A stretch of DNA of 64,000 nucleotides from Planctomycetota bacterium (GTDB lineage Bacteria > Planctomycetota > B15-G4 > JADJEK01): the NCBI GenBank assembly GCA_044225365.1, contig JBGAIQ010000003.1, positions 32,001-96,000 on the forward strand, read 5' to 3'. A program made the position numbers and the translations under genes. Numbering within the stretch: the first letter of the stretch is position 1; every line of letters begins with the position of its first letter. Positions 47,408 through 57,080 of the stretch are shown here, one piece after another. A model generated the notes under the pieces. That model was not told where the DNA came from. It saw only the letters and a list, made by a program, of their open reading frames with translations, and ran no database searches.

Positions 47408-48814
47408 ATGACCAGGGACGAGACCGGAAAACGGGTGGAGCGTACCATCCGTGCGGTGGAGTCGTTCCTCGCGAAGGGACGACACCTCGCGCTCGGACTC
47501 GGAATGCTCCTGATCAGCGTGTTCCTCGCGCGGTTCCATGTCGCGGTCGTGGAGACGTACTTCTACGCGTTCGCGTGGTATTCGCTCCTGCTCGTGCTCG
47601 ACGCGTGGCTGCTCCTGCGCATTGGCGTGTCGCTCATCCTCCATCGTCCCCTCGCGCTGCTCTCCCTCCTCGCGTGGTCGGTGCCTTTCTGGCTCCTATT
47701 CGAAGCGATGAACCTGCGGATCGAGAACTGGTACTACGTCAACGTGCCGGCCGGGACGATCGCGGCGCGATTGTTCATGATCGTGAGCTTCGCGACGGTG
47801 TTGCCCGGCATCGTCTACATCTATCTCCTGCTCGACTCGACGCGCTGGTTGTGGGACTTCCACACGAAGAAGTTCCGTTGCGGCGTACGCGGACGGCGCG
47901 TGCTGTTCGCCTGCGGGATCGCCTGCGCGACAATGCCGCTGCTCGCGCCCAACTACGCCTATCCACTCGTGTGGTGCTTCGTGCCGCTCCTACTCGAACC
48001 GCTCAATCGACGGCCGCGCTGGAGTTCGCTCCTTCGCGAGTTCGAATTCGGCTGGCCACGGCGCACCATTTTGCTGCTCGTCGCGGGGATGCTGGCGGGC
48101 GCGTACTGGGAATTGATGAACGTCCCCGCGACCACGAAGTGGATCTACACCGTTCCCTTCTTCGATCGCACGCTGAACGTCGAGATGCCCTTGCTCGGTT
48201 TCCTCGGCTTTGCGCCCTTCGCGCTCTCGGCCTACTCGTTCCTGCGCTTCCTCGAATCGCGCGGACTCTCCGTCCCCTTCGAGCCGATCGCGGAGCGAGC
48301 GCCGGTCCTCGCCCGCATGCCGACCTCGGTCCGCGTCTTCCTACTCCCCGCGCTCGTCGCGTTCCTCAGCTTCGCCGTCGTGCCGTGGATGGAGCGCGAG
48401 ACGATCGATTCGCGCGTGAGCCTCGTGCGACATCTCAAGAACGCGTCGCGCCGCGATCGCGCGATCCTCTCCCTCGCCGGACTCGATCGACTCGGCCCGT
48501 TCCTCGACAAGGCGAAGAGCAAGGAAGGCCGCGAGGAGATCGCGAAGATCCTCGTCGCCACCGGCACCCACGTCGACGCGATCATCAGCGAAGCCAAGCT
48601 CGCGAAGTTGCGCGGGATCGGCGCCGCGAACGCGCGCTTGCTGATGGACGTCGGCGTGACGAACGTCGCGGCCCTCGCGGACCGCGACCCGAATCAGCTC
48701 TACACCGCGCTGCGCGCGCTCGGCTCGTCGGCTTCGAGCGTGAAGCCGCAGCGCGTCCGCGAATGGGTCCGCGGCGCGCGCGACGAACTCGTCGTCTTGA
48801 GCCCGTCGCGCTGA
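47408..48814 (+). CDS. Multi-pass membrane protein with C-terminal DUF4332-like HhH domain
   Basis: About 9 TM segments with ENWYY, WELMN..KWIYTVPF, EMPLLGFLGF; C-terminal LRGIGAANARLLMDVGVTNV HhH; start uncertain. Confidence 0.75.
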   Translation: MTRDETGKRVERTIRAVESFLAKGRHLALGLGMLLISVFLARFHVAVVETYFYAFAWYSLLLVLDAWLLLRIGVSLILHRPLALLSLLAWSVPFWLLFEAMNLRIENWYYVNVPAGTIAARLFMIVSFATVLPGIVYIYLLLDSTRWLWDFHTKKFRCGVRGRRVLFACGIACATMPLLAPNYAYPLVWCFVPLLLEPLNRRPRWSSLLREFEFGWPRRTILLLVAGMLAGAYWELMNVPATTKWIYTVPFFDRTLNVEMPLLGFLGFAPFALSAYSFLRFLESRGLSVPFEPIAERAPVLARMPTSVRVFLLPALVAFLSFAVVPWMERETIDSRVSLVRHLKNASRRDRAILSLAGLDRLGPFLDKAKSKEGREEIAKILVATGTHVDAIISEAKLAKLRGIGAANARLLMDVGVTNVAALADRDPNQLYTALRALGSSASSVKPQRVREWVRGARDELVVLSPSR

Positions 48815-48821
48815 ACGCTCG

Positions 48822-49607
48822 TCACTTCGCGGGCGAGAAGTCGAGCTTGCGCACCCAGATGTTGCGGTAGCGGACGGGACAGCCGTGGTCCTGGAGGCCG
48901 AGCGGCTCGTTCAGCGAGTGCGGGATCCACTTCGCGACGCCCGCGTGCTGCACCGGGCCGATGAGCGTGTCGTCGTGATGGACGAGGACGCCGTTGTGGA
49001 ACACCGTCATGCGCGGCGGGGAGACGAGCTTGTCGCCGTCGAAGCGCGGCGCGACGAACACGATGTCGTAGCTCTGCCACTCGCCCGGCTTGCGCGACGA
49101 ATTCACGAGCGGCGGATACTGGCCGTAGATCGCCGCGGCCTGGCCGTCGGCGTACGTCACGTTCTCGTACGAGTCGAGGACCTGCAGCTCGTAGTGGTTC
49201 ATCAGGAACACGCCGCTGTTGCCGCGCTCCTGCGATTCACCCTTCGCAACGGGCGGCGTCGCCCATTCGATGTGGAGCTGGCAGTCGCCGAACTTCTCCT
49301 TGGTGCGGATCGTGCCCGTGCCGTTCACTTCCATCGCGCCGTCGACGAGCTGCCACTTCGCGGGGGCGTTGCCGCCGTCGTTCTCCCATCCCTCGAGCGA
49401 CTTCGGCGAGCCGTCGAACAACACGATCGCGTCCGAAGGCGGCGCCGACGCGTTCCCCGGCGTGACGACGACCGGATTCGGCCGCGCCTTGTCGTGGACG
49501 CGCCACTTCTGACCGGGGATCACGGGGGTGTTGTCGTATCCCGGATGATCGGCGAAGGCGACCGCAAGCGCGGCGGGGACGAGGAGGGAGAGGGCGCGGA
49601 TGAGCAT
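48822..49607 (-). CDS. DUF1080 / 3-keto-disaccharide hydrolase family secreted protein
   Basis: PPSDAIVLFDG, FGDCQLHIEW, GNSGVF, YELQVLDS, GEWQSYDI, LQDHG.PVRYRNIW. Confidence 0.92.
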   Translation of the reverse strand: MLIRALSLLVPAALAVAFADHPGYDNTPVIPGQKWRVHDKARPNPVVVTPGNASAPPSDAIVLFDGSPKSLEGWENDGGNAPAKWQLVDGAMEVNGTGTIRTKEKFGDCQLHIEWATPPVAKGESQERGNSGVFLMNHYELQVLDSYENVTYADGQAAAIYGQYPPLVNSSRKPGEWQSYDIVFVAPRFDGDKLVSPPRMTVFHNGVLVHHDDTLIGPVQHAGVAKWIPHSLNEPLGLQDHGCPVRYRNIWVRKLDFSPAK

Positions 49608-49760
49608 GAGGTCTCCAGGGAGTTTCATTCGTCTGGGGTCGAACCGGCGCCCCATCGTAGGGATCGAGAATCGGATTGCGAACGCGAGTGTGGGAGCGGA
49701 CCGCCGGGCTCTGCCCGGCATCGATTCGAAGAGCCGGGCGGAGCCCGGCGATCCACGGAC

Positions 49761-51179
49761 TCACCCCCGCAGCGCGCGCTCCAATTCCGCGACGCGCGCC
49801 CTCAGCTCCGCGACGACGTCTTCCCACTTCTCGATGCGAACGAGTTCCTGGAACAACTCCTCGCGGCGGCGCCATTCCTCGAGCAAGCGCGGGTCCGAGT
49901 GATCGGCGACGGCGCTCGCGGGCGAAGGCGGCGCGCCCTCTTCGATCACGCGCGCGTACACCGCTTCCACTCGCTCGGCGTGTTCGGAGAACTCACCGCA
50001 CGCGGGCCCCGGCGCTTCGCGCATGCGCTGGAGCCGCGAGGGCTCACCCGCCAGTAGATCGATCTTCGCCGCGAGGTCCCTTGCGTCGTTCCTCGTGAAG
50101 AGCAGCATTCGCCCCGTCGCGCGCTCCGCGAGGGCGCCCGCATCGGCGGCGAGGATCGGCACGCCGAGGTCCGTAGCTTCGTCGAGGATGAACGACCACG
50201 ACTCGCGGCAAAGAGTCGGCAACACCGCGACGTCGATGATCTCGTCCTGCAACGCCTCGCGTTCGTATCGCCCGTGAAATCGCACGACGATGCCCTCGGT
50301 GAGCGCGCGGAGCTTCTGCTCGTACTCCGCGTCCACCGCGGCGCCGTAGAGATCGACTTCGATCCGCGCGCGCGATGCGGCCCGTCGCACGGCTTCCAGC
50401 AACAGATGCTGGCCCTTCAAGGGTTGGAGATGACTGAAGCACGCGAGACGCAGTTTGCCGTCGGCACTGGCGTGGGGCGTTCTCTCGAACCGGGGTGCGA
50501 GACGTCCATGTGGCATCGCTTCGATCGGCGAAGTCCTCGGATCGAGCTCGAGCATGCGCGCAAGGAACTCGCCGTGTCCGCGGCTCGGCGCGAGGCGCGC
50601 GCGCGCGAGGCTCATCTCGGCGCGCATGTCGGCGCGATAGGAAAGAAGGCGGCGAGCGACGCTCTCGTCGCGATCGAATCGCCAGCGCGGGACGCACGGC
50701 GTGCAGTCCGCGCTCGCGAGCGGGACCTCGCAGGCCTCGTCGCCGTTCGCGCCTTTGAGACGAAACACGCGCGGGCAGCTCGGGAACAGATCGTGCGCCG
50801 TCACGACGGCGGGAACGCCCGCGCGCGCGGCGATGCGCACGAGATCGGTCGAGAGCCTGATCCAATGATGCACGTGAACGACGTCGGGCCTCGCTTCCGC
50901 GAGGAATGCCTCGAACGCGGCCGACACCTCGGGGTGGTAGCCCTTGTCCCACCGATCGAAGTAGAGATCGCTGCGATGCACCCGGCGCACGGCGACACCA
51001 TCGTGCTCGGAATCGACGATCGTGAACGCGGGTTTCCACTGCGTCGATCCGCAGAAGACGCGAACGCTCGCCCCGCTCTCCCGTTGCGCGCGCGCGAGTC
51101 GCTCGACGTAGAGCTCCGTCCCGCCGATCACCTCGGGCGGATAGCCGTGAACTACGTGGACGATGCGGCGTGCGCTCAC
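49761..51179 (-). CDS. GT4 glycosyltransferase (Cys4 insert) with short C-terminal coiled coil
   Basis: VHGYPPEVIGGTE, LKGQHLL, LPTLCRESWS; GTGA overlap with the upstream GT4. Confidence 0.9.
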   Translation of the reverse strand: MSARRIVHVVHGYPPEVIGGTELYVERLARAQRESGASVRVFCGSTQWKPAFTIVDSEHDGVAVRRVHRSDLYFDRWDKGYHPEVSAAFEAFLAEARPDVVHVHHWIRLSTDLVRIAARAGVPAVVTAHDLFPSCPRVFRLKGANGDEACEVPLASADCTPCVPRWRFDRDESVARRLLSYRADMRAEMSLARARLAPSRGHGEFLARMLELDPRTSPIEAMPHGRLAPRFERTPHASADGKLRLACFSHLQPLKGQHLLLEAVRRAASRARIEVDLYGAAVDAEYEQKLRALTEGIVVRFHGRYEREALQDEIIDVAVLPTLCRESWSFILDEATDLGVPILAADAGALAERATGRMLLFTRNDARDLAAKIDLLAGEPSRLQRMREAPGPACGEFSEHAERVEAVYARVIEEGAPPSPASAVADHSDPRLLEEWRRREELFQELVRIEKWEDVVAELRARVAELERALRG

Positions 51180-52594
51180 CCTTTGCCCCCGCGGCCTCGT
51201 GACGACGGCGTATCGTCGACGACCGACTGGAGGTGAGCCTCGAGGCGATCGACGTGCTCCTCGAGCGTGAGCGGGATCGGCGCCCTTTCGCGCAAGCGCT
51301 CGATCGCGGCCGGATCCTTCCACAAGTGAGCGAGCTTCACGGCGAGGTCGCGCGCGGAGCCCGCCTTGAACAGCAGGCCATCGACGCCATCGTGGATCGC
51401 TTCGCGCATGCCGCCGATGTCGGACGCGACGATCGGCACCTTCGCGGCCCGCGCTTCCTGGATGATCATCGGGTAGTTCTCGAGCCATACCGACGGCATC
51501 ACCAGCACGTCGATGTCCGCGAACGCCTTGCCGATCGAACTGCGCGGCACCGCGCCCATGAAGCGCACCGGCAGGCCCTCGGCGAGGACGCGGAGTTTCT
51601 CCACGTAATCGGCGTGGTAGTCGCTGCGTCCGTAGATGCGCAATTCACCGTGGCCCTTCAGGTACTTCATCGCTTCGATCGCCACGTGGACGCCCTTGTG
51701 CGACGCGAGCGTCCCGATGAAGCCGAACACGGGCGGGCGACCGGCGAGCGGCTTCTTGGGATGGACGTCGATCTTCGACACGCCGAGCGGGAGGATCTTG
51801 ACGCGTCGCGTGGGCAACCCGAACGACACCATGCGATCGCGCATGATCTTCGACGGCGAGAGGAAGAGCTTCACATGCGGCACGAGCTCGCGAACGGCCT
51901 CTTCGCGATGCTTCAGATGCGCCTCGAGGACGCGCGGAGGCGGCGGTTTGGTGTCGCCCGATTCGTCGACCGGGAGCGCCCCCCCGCCGCGCAGGAAGCG
52001 CCGGCCGCGCCAGGCATCGACGACCGGCGCGAGGTCGAAGCCCGCGACCTCCTTGGTCCAGCGGATCGCGGAGATCATCTTCTTCTCGAAGTTGGTCTGC
52101 GCGAACTTGAAGTCGCTGATGCAGCTCGCGCAACGCGTGGGCTTCGGACCCGGACAGTCGCGTTTGCCGTGCTCCATGAGCTGGCCGAAGCGCGCGCAGT
52201 ACAGCCAGAAGTCATGCAATGTGAGCACCGCGCGAATGCCGCGCTCGGCGCAGATGCGCGGCAACGAGAGCGAGAGCAGCATGAGATGCTGGAAGTGGAC
52301 GATGTCGGGCTTCACGTCGTCGAGGACGCGATGGAATGCGTGCTCGACCGCCGCGTTGTCGAAGGTTTCGTCGAACGACTCGTAGAGCAGGTTGTTGATG
52401 AGGACGTGGCAGGCGAGGCCGTTCTGCTCGCGTCGGACGAGATCGTAGTTGCGGGCCGAGAGCACCTTCTCGGAGAAGAAGACGTGCACCTCGTGGCCGC
52501 GACGCTTCAGCTCTCGCGAGACGGAGTCGGTGTAGACCTCGGTCCCTGCCGAGTGCTTGGGGAGGAAGAAGTGCAGGACCTCGAGGATTCTCAT
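51176..52594 (-). CDS. GT4 glycosyltransferase (Cys4 insert)
   Basis: MRILEVLHFFLP..AGTE, GFIGTLASHKG, MPSVWLENYP. Confidence 0.92.
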   Translation of the reverse strand: MRILEVLHFFLPKHSAGTEVYTDSVSRELKRRGHEVHVFFSEKVLSARNYDLVRREQNGLACHVLINNLLYESFDETFDNAAVEHAFHRVLDDVKPDIVHFQHLMLLSLSLPRICAERGIRAVLTLHDFWLYCARFGQLMEHGKRDCPGPKPTRCASCISDFKFAQTNFEKKMISAIRWTKEVAGFDLAPVVDAWRGRRFLRGGGALPVDESGDTKPPPPRVLEAHLKHREEAVRELVPHVKLFLSPSKIMRDRMVSFGLPTRRVKILPLGVSKIDVHPKKPLAGRPPVFGFIGTLASHKGVHVAIEAMKYLKGHGELRIYGRSDYHADYVEKLRVLAEGLPVRFMGAVPRSSIGKAFADIDVLVMPSVWLENYPMIIQEARAAKVPIVASDIGGMREAIHDGVDGLLFKAGSARDLAVKLAHLWKDPAAIERLRERAPIPLTLEEHVDRLEAHLQSVVDDTPSSRGRGGKG

Positions 52595-53583
52595 CCGCGA
52601 TTCTTCGATCGAGCCGGATCGTTTCGACGAACCGAGGCCGTCGAACGCGGCAGATACCTCTCGATGTGAGCCGCCGTCATCGTGACTCCACGTAGTCCGT
52701 CGAGCATGCCACGCAGCTTCGCGAACGCGGCGGCAGGTCGCCGCTTCGAGCAGGCGTTCGCCAGGCAGAGTGGCCAGAGCAGCACATCGTAGACGACGAA
52801 ACCGATCCAACCACGCAGGCTCGAATGCCGCCGCAGATAACGAACCGAATTCGCCGCGTTCATGTACTTGCGAGCGGGAGTGTACCCGCCGCCCGTGGAG
52901 GCTGAAGCATCGTGTACGGCAATCGCATCCGTCACCAGCCGATTCTCGAATCCCGCCTCCGCGATCCGCCGCCCGAACTCGACATCCTCCATGTAGCAGA
53001 AGAAGGACTCGTCGAGACGGCCGACCTTCTCGAGGACCTCGCGTTTCACGAGCAGGGCGCAGCCAGGGAGATAGTCGACGGATTCGGACTCCGAAGAGCG
53101 ACCGTTCAGGATCTCTCCGTTGCCGCGCAATCGACTCACGTTCTCGCGATGCGTGACCTCGCCCCCCGCCGCCCAGATTCGCCGCGGCTGCCCTGCTGTT
53201 CCGGGGAACACGATGATCGGTCCGGTACAACCGACCTTCGGGTCGGCGAGCGAGTGTTCGAGCGCGCCGATGCAGTCGGGATCGACTTCGATGTCGTTGT
53301 TGAGGATGAGGACCGACGCGCCTCCGAGAGCGAGCGCTCTTTCGACGCCGAGGTTGTTTCCGCCGGCGTAGCCCAGATTGGCCCTCGCCTCGAGGATCTC
53401 GAAACCGAGCGCGGGAAGTCGCGCCGATCGCAGGCGCGCGAGCGAGTCGTCGTCCGAGCCGTTGTCGACGACGATGACATGATCCGGTGCGCGGCGCGAC
53501 GCCGCGAGCGAGGTCAGGCAACGGAGCGTCATCTCCGCTCCGTTCCAGTTCACGATCACGACGGCGAGCTTCGAGGACGGCAT
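52591..53583 (-). CDS. GT2 glycosyltransferase
   Basis: IVNWNG, VDNGSDD, NLGYAGGNN, LNND, FCYMEDVEF. Confidence 0.92.
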   Translation of the reverse strand: MPSSKLAVVIVNWNGAEMTLRCLTSLAASRRAPDHVIVVDNGSDDDSLARLRSARLPALGFEILEARANLGYAGGNNLGVERALALGGASVLILNNDIEVDPDCIGALEHSLADPKVGCTGPIIVFPGTAGQPRRIWAAGGEVTHRENVSRLRGNGEILNGRSSESESVDYLPGCALLVKREVLEKVGRLDESFFCYMEDVEFGRRIAEAGFENRLVTDAIAVHDASASTGGGYTPARKYMNAANSVRYLRRHSSLRGWIGFVVYDVLLWPLCLANACSKRRPAAAFAKLRGMLDGLRGVTMTAAHIERYLPRSTASVRRNDPARSKNRG

Positions 53584-53662
53584 GGGCAGTCGAATGTTAC
53601 CCCGCCGAACGGACGACGCGAGATTCGGCAGGGGATTGCGCAGAGGGAATCCGCGAGAGGAT

Positions 53663-54754
53663 CTACTTGCTCTCGGGGGGCGGCTCGGGGGTGGCGCCGC
53701 TCGCCGGCACCGTCATGGGGAGGCTCCTCGCGATCGAATAAGCGACCCAGAGGTGGCCGATCTCCGACAGGTTCTCGCGCTCGGCGAAGAGCGCGGCCTT
53801 CGCGGCCTTGACGTCCGGCACGCGGAACTCCGCGCAACTCCTCTCGAACTCGTGCGGAAGATCGATCCGTGGCACGACCGCGTCCCGCGCGACACTCTCG
53901 AGACGCGCCATGTACTCCGCGTGTCTCGAGGAATTCGGGAGTGCATCGTTCCAAACCGGCACGACGAGGATGGGCCGGCCCCCGAAGCTCCGCACCTGCG
54001 CGATCAGTCGAAGGAGATCTTCGGTGAATTCGTCGAGCGAGACGCGCGGTCGGCCGTCGAGGGTTTCAGGAGCCTCGAAGCGAAGGCCCAGCGCCGTCGC
54101 GACCGCCCGCACCACCGTGAGATGACGCCACCCGTCGAGACGCAACCAGGACGGCTGGTCAGCCCGTCTCATGAGTTCTCGGTCCGATTCCCCGTGCGAT
54201 CGGACCTCGCCCTCGGACTCCCCGCTGAACGCGATGAGAACGATGTCCAATTTCAACGTCGGTGCGAACTGGAGGAATCGCGGAATGGCCTGCGTGATGG
54301 AATGGCCGGGCACGGCGAGATCGAATGCCTCGAAATCGGGGATCGACTTTCGCGTGGCCGCCTCCAGCCTTCGCGTCCAGGTCGCCTTGTCCTTTTGCAG
54401 CGCGCCGAACGCCTGCGTATCGCCGAGGACGGCGATACGCGGTCCGGTCTTCTCGTCTCGCGGCAGCGGACCGCGGAAACCGAGCGCGTTCACGAATTCC
54501 TGATCCCATCCGAGCGGCCGCTTCGGAATCGGGCTCCACAGGCAGTTGCGGTCCTTTCCGAGGATCCCGAACTTCTCGAGTCGCGAGACGTCCGGGTTGC
54601 GATCGAGCAGACCGCCGTCCGGACGACGGGGCGGATCGACCCCGAATCCCACGAGCAGGAAATTCAGCACCGGGACGCCCACGACCGCGGTCACGACGAC
54701 CACCGCGAGGGACGCACGACCGATGCGTGCGAGCAGTCTCTTGATCTGCGTCAT
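53663..54754 (-). CDS. SGNH-fold protein, probably catalytically inactive
   Basis: N-terminal TM, NALGFRG, LGDTQAFG (Ser replaced by Thr), no block III Asn, ERENLSEIGH in place of DxxHP. Confidence 0.75.
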   Translation of the reverse strand: MTQIKRLLARIGRASLAVVVVTAVVGVPVLNFLLVGFGVDPPRRPDGGLLDRNPDVSRLEKFGILGKDRNCLWSPIPKRPLGWDQEFVNALGFRGPLPRDEKTGPRIAVLGDTQAFGALQKDKATWTRRLEAATRKSIPDFEAFDLAVPGHSITQAIPRFLQFAPTLKLDIVLIAFSGESEGEVRSHGESDRELMRRADQPSWLRLDGWRHLTVVRAVATALGLRFEAPETLDGRPRVSLDEFTEDLLRLIAQVRSFGGRPILVVPVWNDALPNSSRHAEYMARLESVARDAVVPRIDLPHEFERSCAEFRVPDVKAAKAALFAERENLSEIGHLWVAYSIARSLPMTVPASGATPEPPPESK

Positions 54755-55872
54755 CTCGCCGCTCCCCGCCGGTTCCAGTGCAAGCGCTCGATGGCTTCGA
54801 GCAGGAGTTGCGAATACAGCGCGTGTCCTTCTTTCGACGGATGATACGAGTCGACGAAGAGCTTCGATCCGCGGGGATCGATGACGAGAGCGGGATCGGC
54901 GAGGTCGCGCCTGCGGAATTCGTCGAGGACGTCGACGCTCGGGAGACCGAGCCGCGCGACCACCTTGCGCAGGCGATTCGAGTATTCGACGAGGGTCGGG
55001 ATTCCGAACTCCGCATCGCCCCGCCGCGGAGGGATGACCACGAGCAATTTGGCCCCGTTCCTCTCGGTCTCCTTCGCGAGCTCTTCGATCAACGACTCGA
55101 ATTCGTCGACGGACACCCGACGGAGGGACGGGAGGGGCGCGATCGCGCCGGGTGTCGCGTCCACCTCCGCGGGGGCCGTGTTCGAGAACAGCGCCTCGAG
55201 GCCGCGAACGCTGGAGTAACGCTCGACCCACCGGAGCACCCTCCGTGCGGGCTGCGACAGAAGGGCGATCTTCTTGCGATCGGAGAGGTCGCCCGGCGCG
55301 GCCCAGTGCTCGTTCACGGCGCCCACCGCGACGATCACGATGTCCGGCTTCCACTGCACGCCCTTGCCTTCGTAGAGCGCAACGGCCTGCGCCGCGGAGT
55401 AACCGATGCATCCGAGATTGACGACCTCGGCCGGCGTTCCACGTTCCTTCAGAAGCGCTTCGAGGCGACGCGAGAAGCACTCTTCATCGCGCACCCCCAA
55501 TCCGAACGTCGAACTGTCCCCGAGCGTGACGATGCGAAGAGCGTCTCCCCGCTCCTTCGGCGTACGACGGCCACGCTGACAATCCTCGTTGACGAGATCG
55601 CCCTCGAACACGGCGCCGGGCCGCGGCTCCCACAACCACCGTCGATCCTCGCGGAACGATCCCGAAGGGCTCTCGAGGTCCTCGTCCTGTTGAGTGTTCC
55701 AGATCTCGATCGGCACGGGCCGCGCCGGCGCGACATCGAGCCATTCGACCGCGGTCTCGATCAGCGCGAGCGGCCAGATCACGAGGAGGGCGCGGAAGAA
55801 GATCGAGCGGAAGCGCCGAAGCACCGACCGAGGGCCGGAGGCTGCGGATTCACGATCGTCGTTCGTCTTCAC
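54751..55872 (-). CDS. Membrane-anchored SGNH/GDSL hydrolase or O-acetyltransferase
   Basis: LGDSSTFG, NLGCIGYS, VGAVNE, DSYHPSKEGH. Confidence 0.88.
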   Translation of the reverse strand: MKTNDDRESAASGPRSVLRRFRSIFFRALLVIWPLALIETAVEWLDVAPARPVPIEIWNTQQDEDLESPSGSFREDRRWLWEPRPGAVFEGDLVNEDCQRGRRTPKERGDALRIVTLGDSSTFGLGVRDEECFSRRLEALLKERGTPAEVVNLGCIGYSAAQAVALYEGKGVQWKPDIVIVAVGAVNEHWAAPGDLSDRKKIALLSQPARRVLRWVERYSSVRGLEALFSNTAPAEVDATPGAIAPLPSLRRVSVDEFESLIEELAKETERNGAKLLVVIPPRRGDAEFGIPTLVEYSNRLRKVVARLGLPSVDVLDEFRRRDLADPALVIDPRGSKLFVDSYHPSKEGHALYSQLLLEAIERLHWNRRGAAR

Positions 55873-55997
55873 CGGGAGTCGTTTCCGTGGGGTTTACCGA
55901 TCGGCTTCCAGCTCTTTTCCTAGAAGCGCCCTGCGGCATGAAAACGGAGATTCCTCGAACTCACCAACGCGGAAACTCCGGTTTCCGCGGCGCTTCG

Positions 55998-57080
55998 TCA
56001 ACCCGCGAAGGCGCGTGCGACCTTCCACCATATCCGAAGGACGAGCGACAGCGCCCGCTCCATGAACGGCGCGACCGCTCCGCGTTCGATTCGCGGGGAG
56101 AACGTCAGATCCGGAGCCTTCAACAGACTTCGATCCGTGACCTTGCGAAACGCCGCGACGCGACGCCGCTCTCGCTTCACATGCGGCCAACTTCGCAGGA
56201 GCGAAGACTTGGCCTCGACGTAGTCGCGCAGTGCACCCTGCTTCCACGCGAAGACGACATAGGCGATTCCGAGCAAGAGCACGCCGGGCAGGGCAACGAC
56301 GATCGTGCGGAATCGATAGCACTTCAGCACGACGAGCCAGCGATTGCGGGAGTGCAACCAGAGCCTTCGCGCGGGATAGCGCGAGCCGCCGCGGAACGAG
56401 ATCCCAGCCGTGCCCGAGCGATGCTCGACGAGCGCATCGTGGACGCTCCGAATGCGGTACGCCGCGAGCCGCAATCGGTACGAGAGATCGTGGTCCTCGA
56501 ACAGGATGAAGAAGGTCTCGTCGTAGCCACCGACCTCGAGGAGACGATCTCGATCGACGAGCGCCGCGAGCGAAATGAATGCGTCGACGTCTTCGGTGAC
56601 GTTGCGACACTCGGCACGCGGCTTGAAGAAGTGCCGCAGCGCCATCACGCCGGCGTAGTGGAACGACCCGCCGTCGTAGTGGACGAAGTCTGGATTCGCC
56701 GCATCGACCGCTCGCGGCGAGACGACGGCGATGTCGTCGCCACCTTGCATCTCGCGAAGCAACTTCGCCACGCAGTCGCTGCGCACGACGACGTCGCTGT
56801 CGACCTGGAAGACGAGTCGATTCCTCGCCTCGCGGAGTCCGGCGTTGCGCGCGGGACACGGCCCGGCATTCGTTCCCATTCGAACGAGCCGGACGGCAGG
56901 GAACTCGCGCTCGACGATCGCGCAGGTCTCGTCGGTGGACGCGTTGTCGACGACGACGATCTCGTCGATCACGACTCCCTCGATCCGTCGCAACGACTCG
57001 AGGCAGTCGCGAATGTCCCCCGCGGCGTTGAACGTCGTGACGGTCGCAGTGATCGTGCTCGGCCTGGATCCTTCCGTCAT
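55998..57080 (-). CDS. GT2 glycosyltransferase
   Basis: VTTFNA, VDNASTDET, QVDSD, FILFEDHDLSYRL. Confidence 0.9.
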   Translation of the reverse strand: MTEGSRPSTITATVTTFNAAGDIRDCLESLRRIEGVVIDEIVVVDNASTDETCAIVEREFPAVRLVRMGTNAGPCPARNAGLREARNRLVFQVDSDVVVRSDCVAKLLREMQGGDDIAVVSPRAVDAANPDFVHYDGGSFHYAGVMALRHFFKPRAECRNVTEDVDAFISLAALVDRDRLLEVGGYDETFFILFEDHDLSYRLRLAAYRIRSVHDALVEHRSGTAGISFRGGSRYPARRLWLHSRNRWLVVLKCYRFRTIVVALPGVLLLGIAYVVFAWKQGALRDYVEAKSSLLRSWPHVKRERRRVAAFRKVTDRSLLKAPDLTFSPRIERGAVAPFMERALSLVLRIWWKVARAFAG

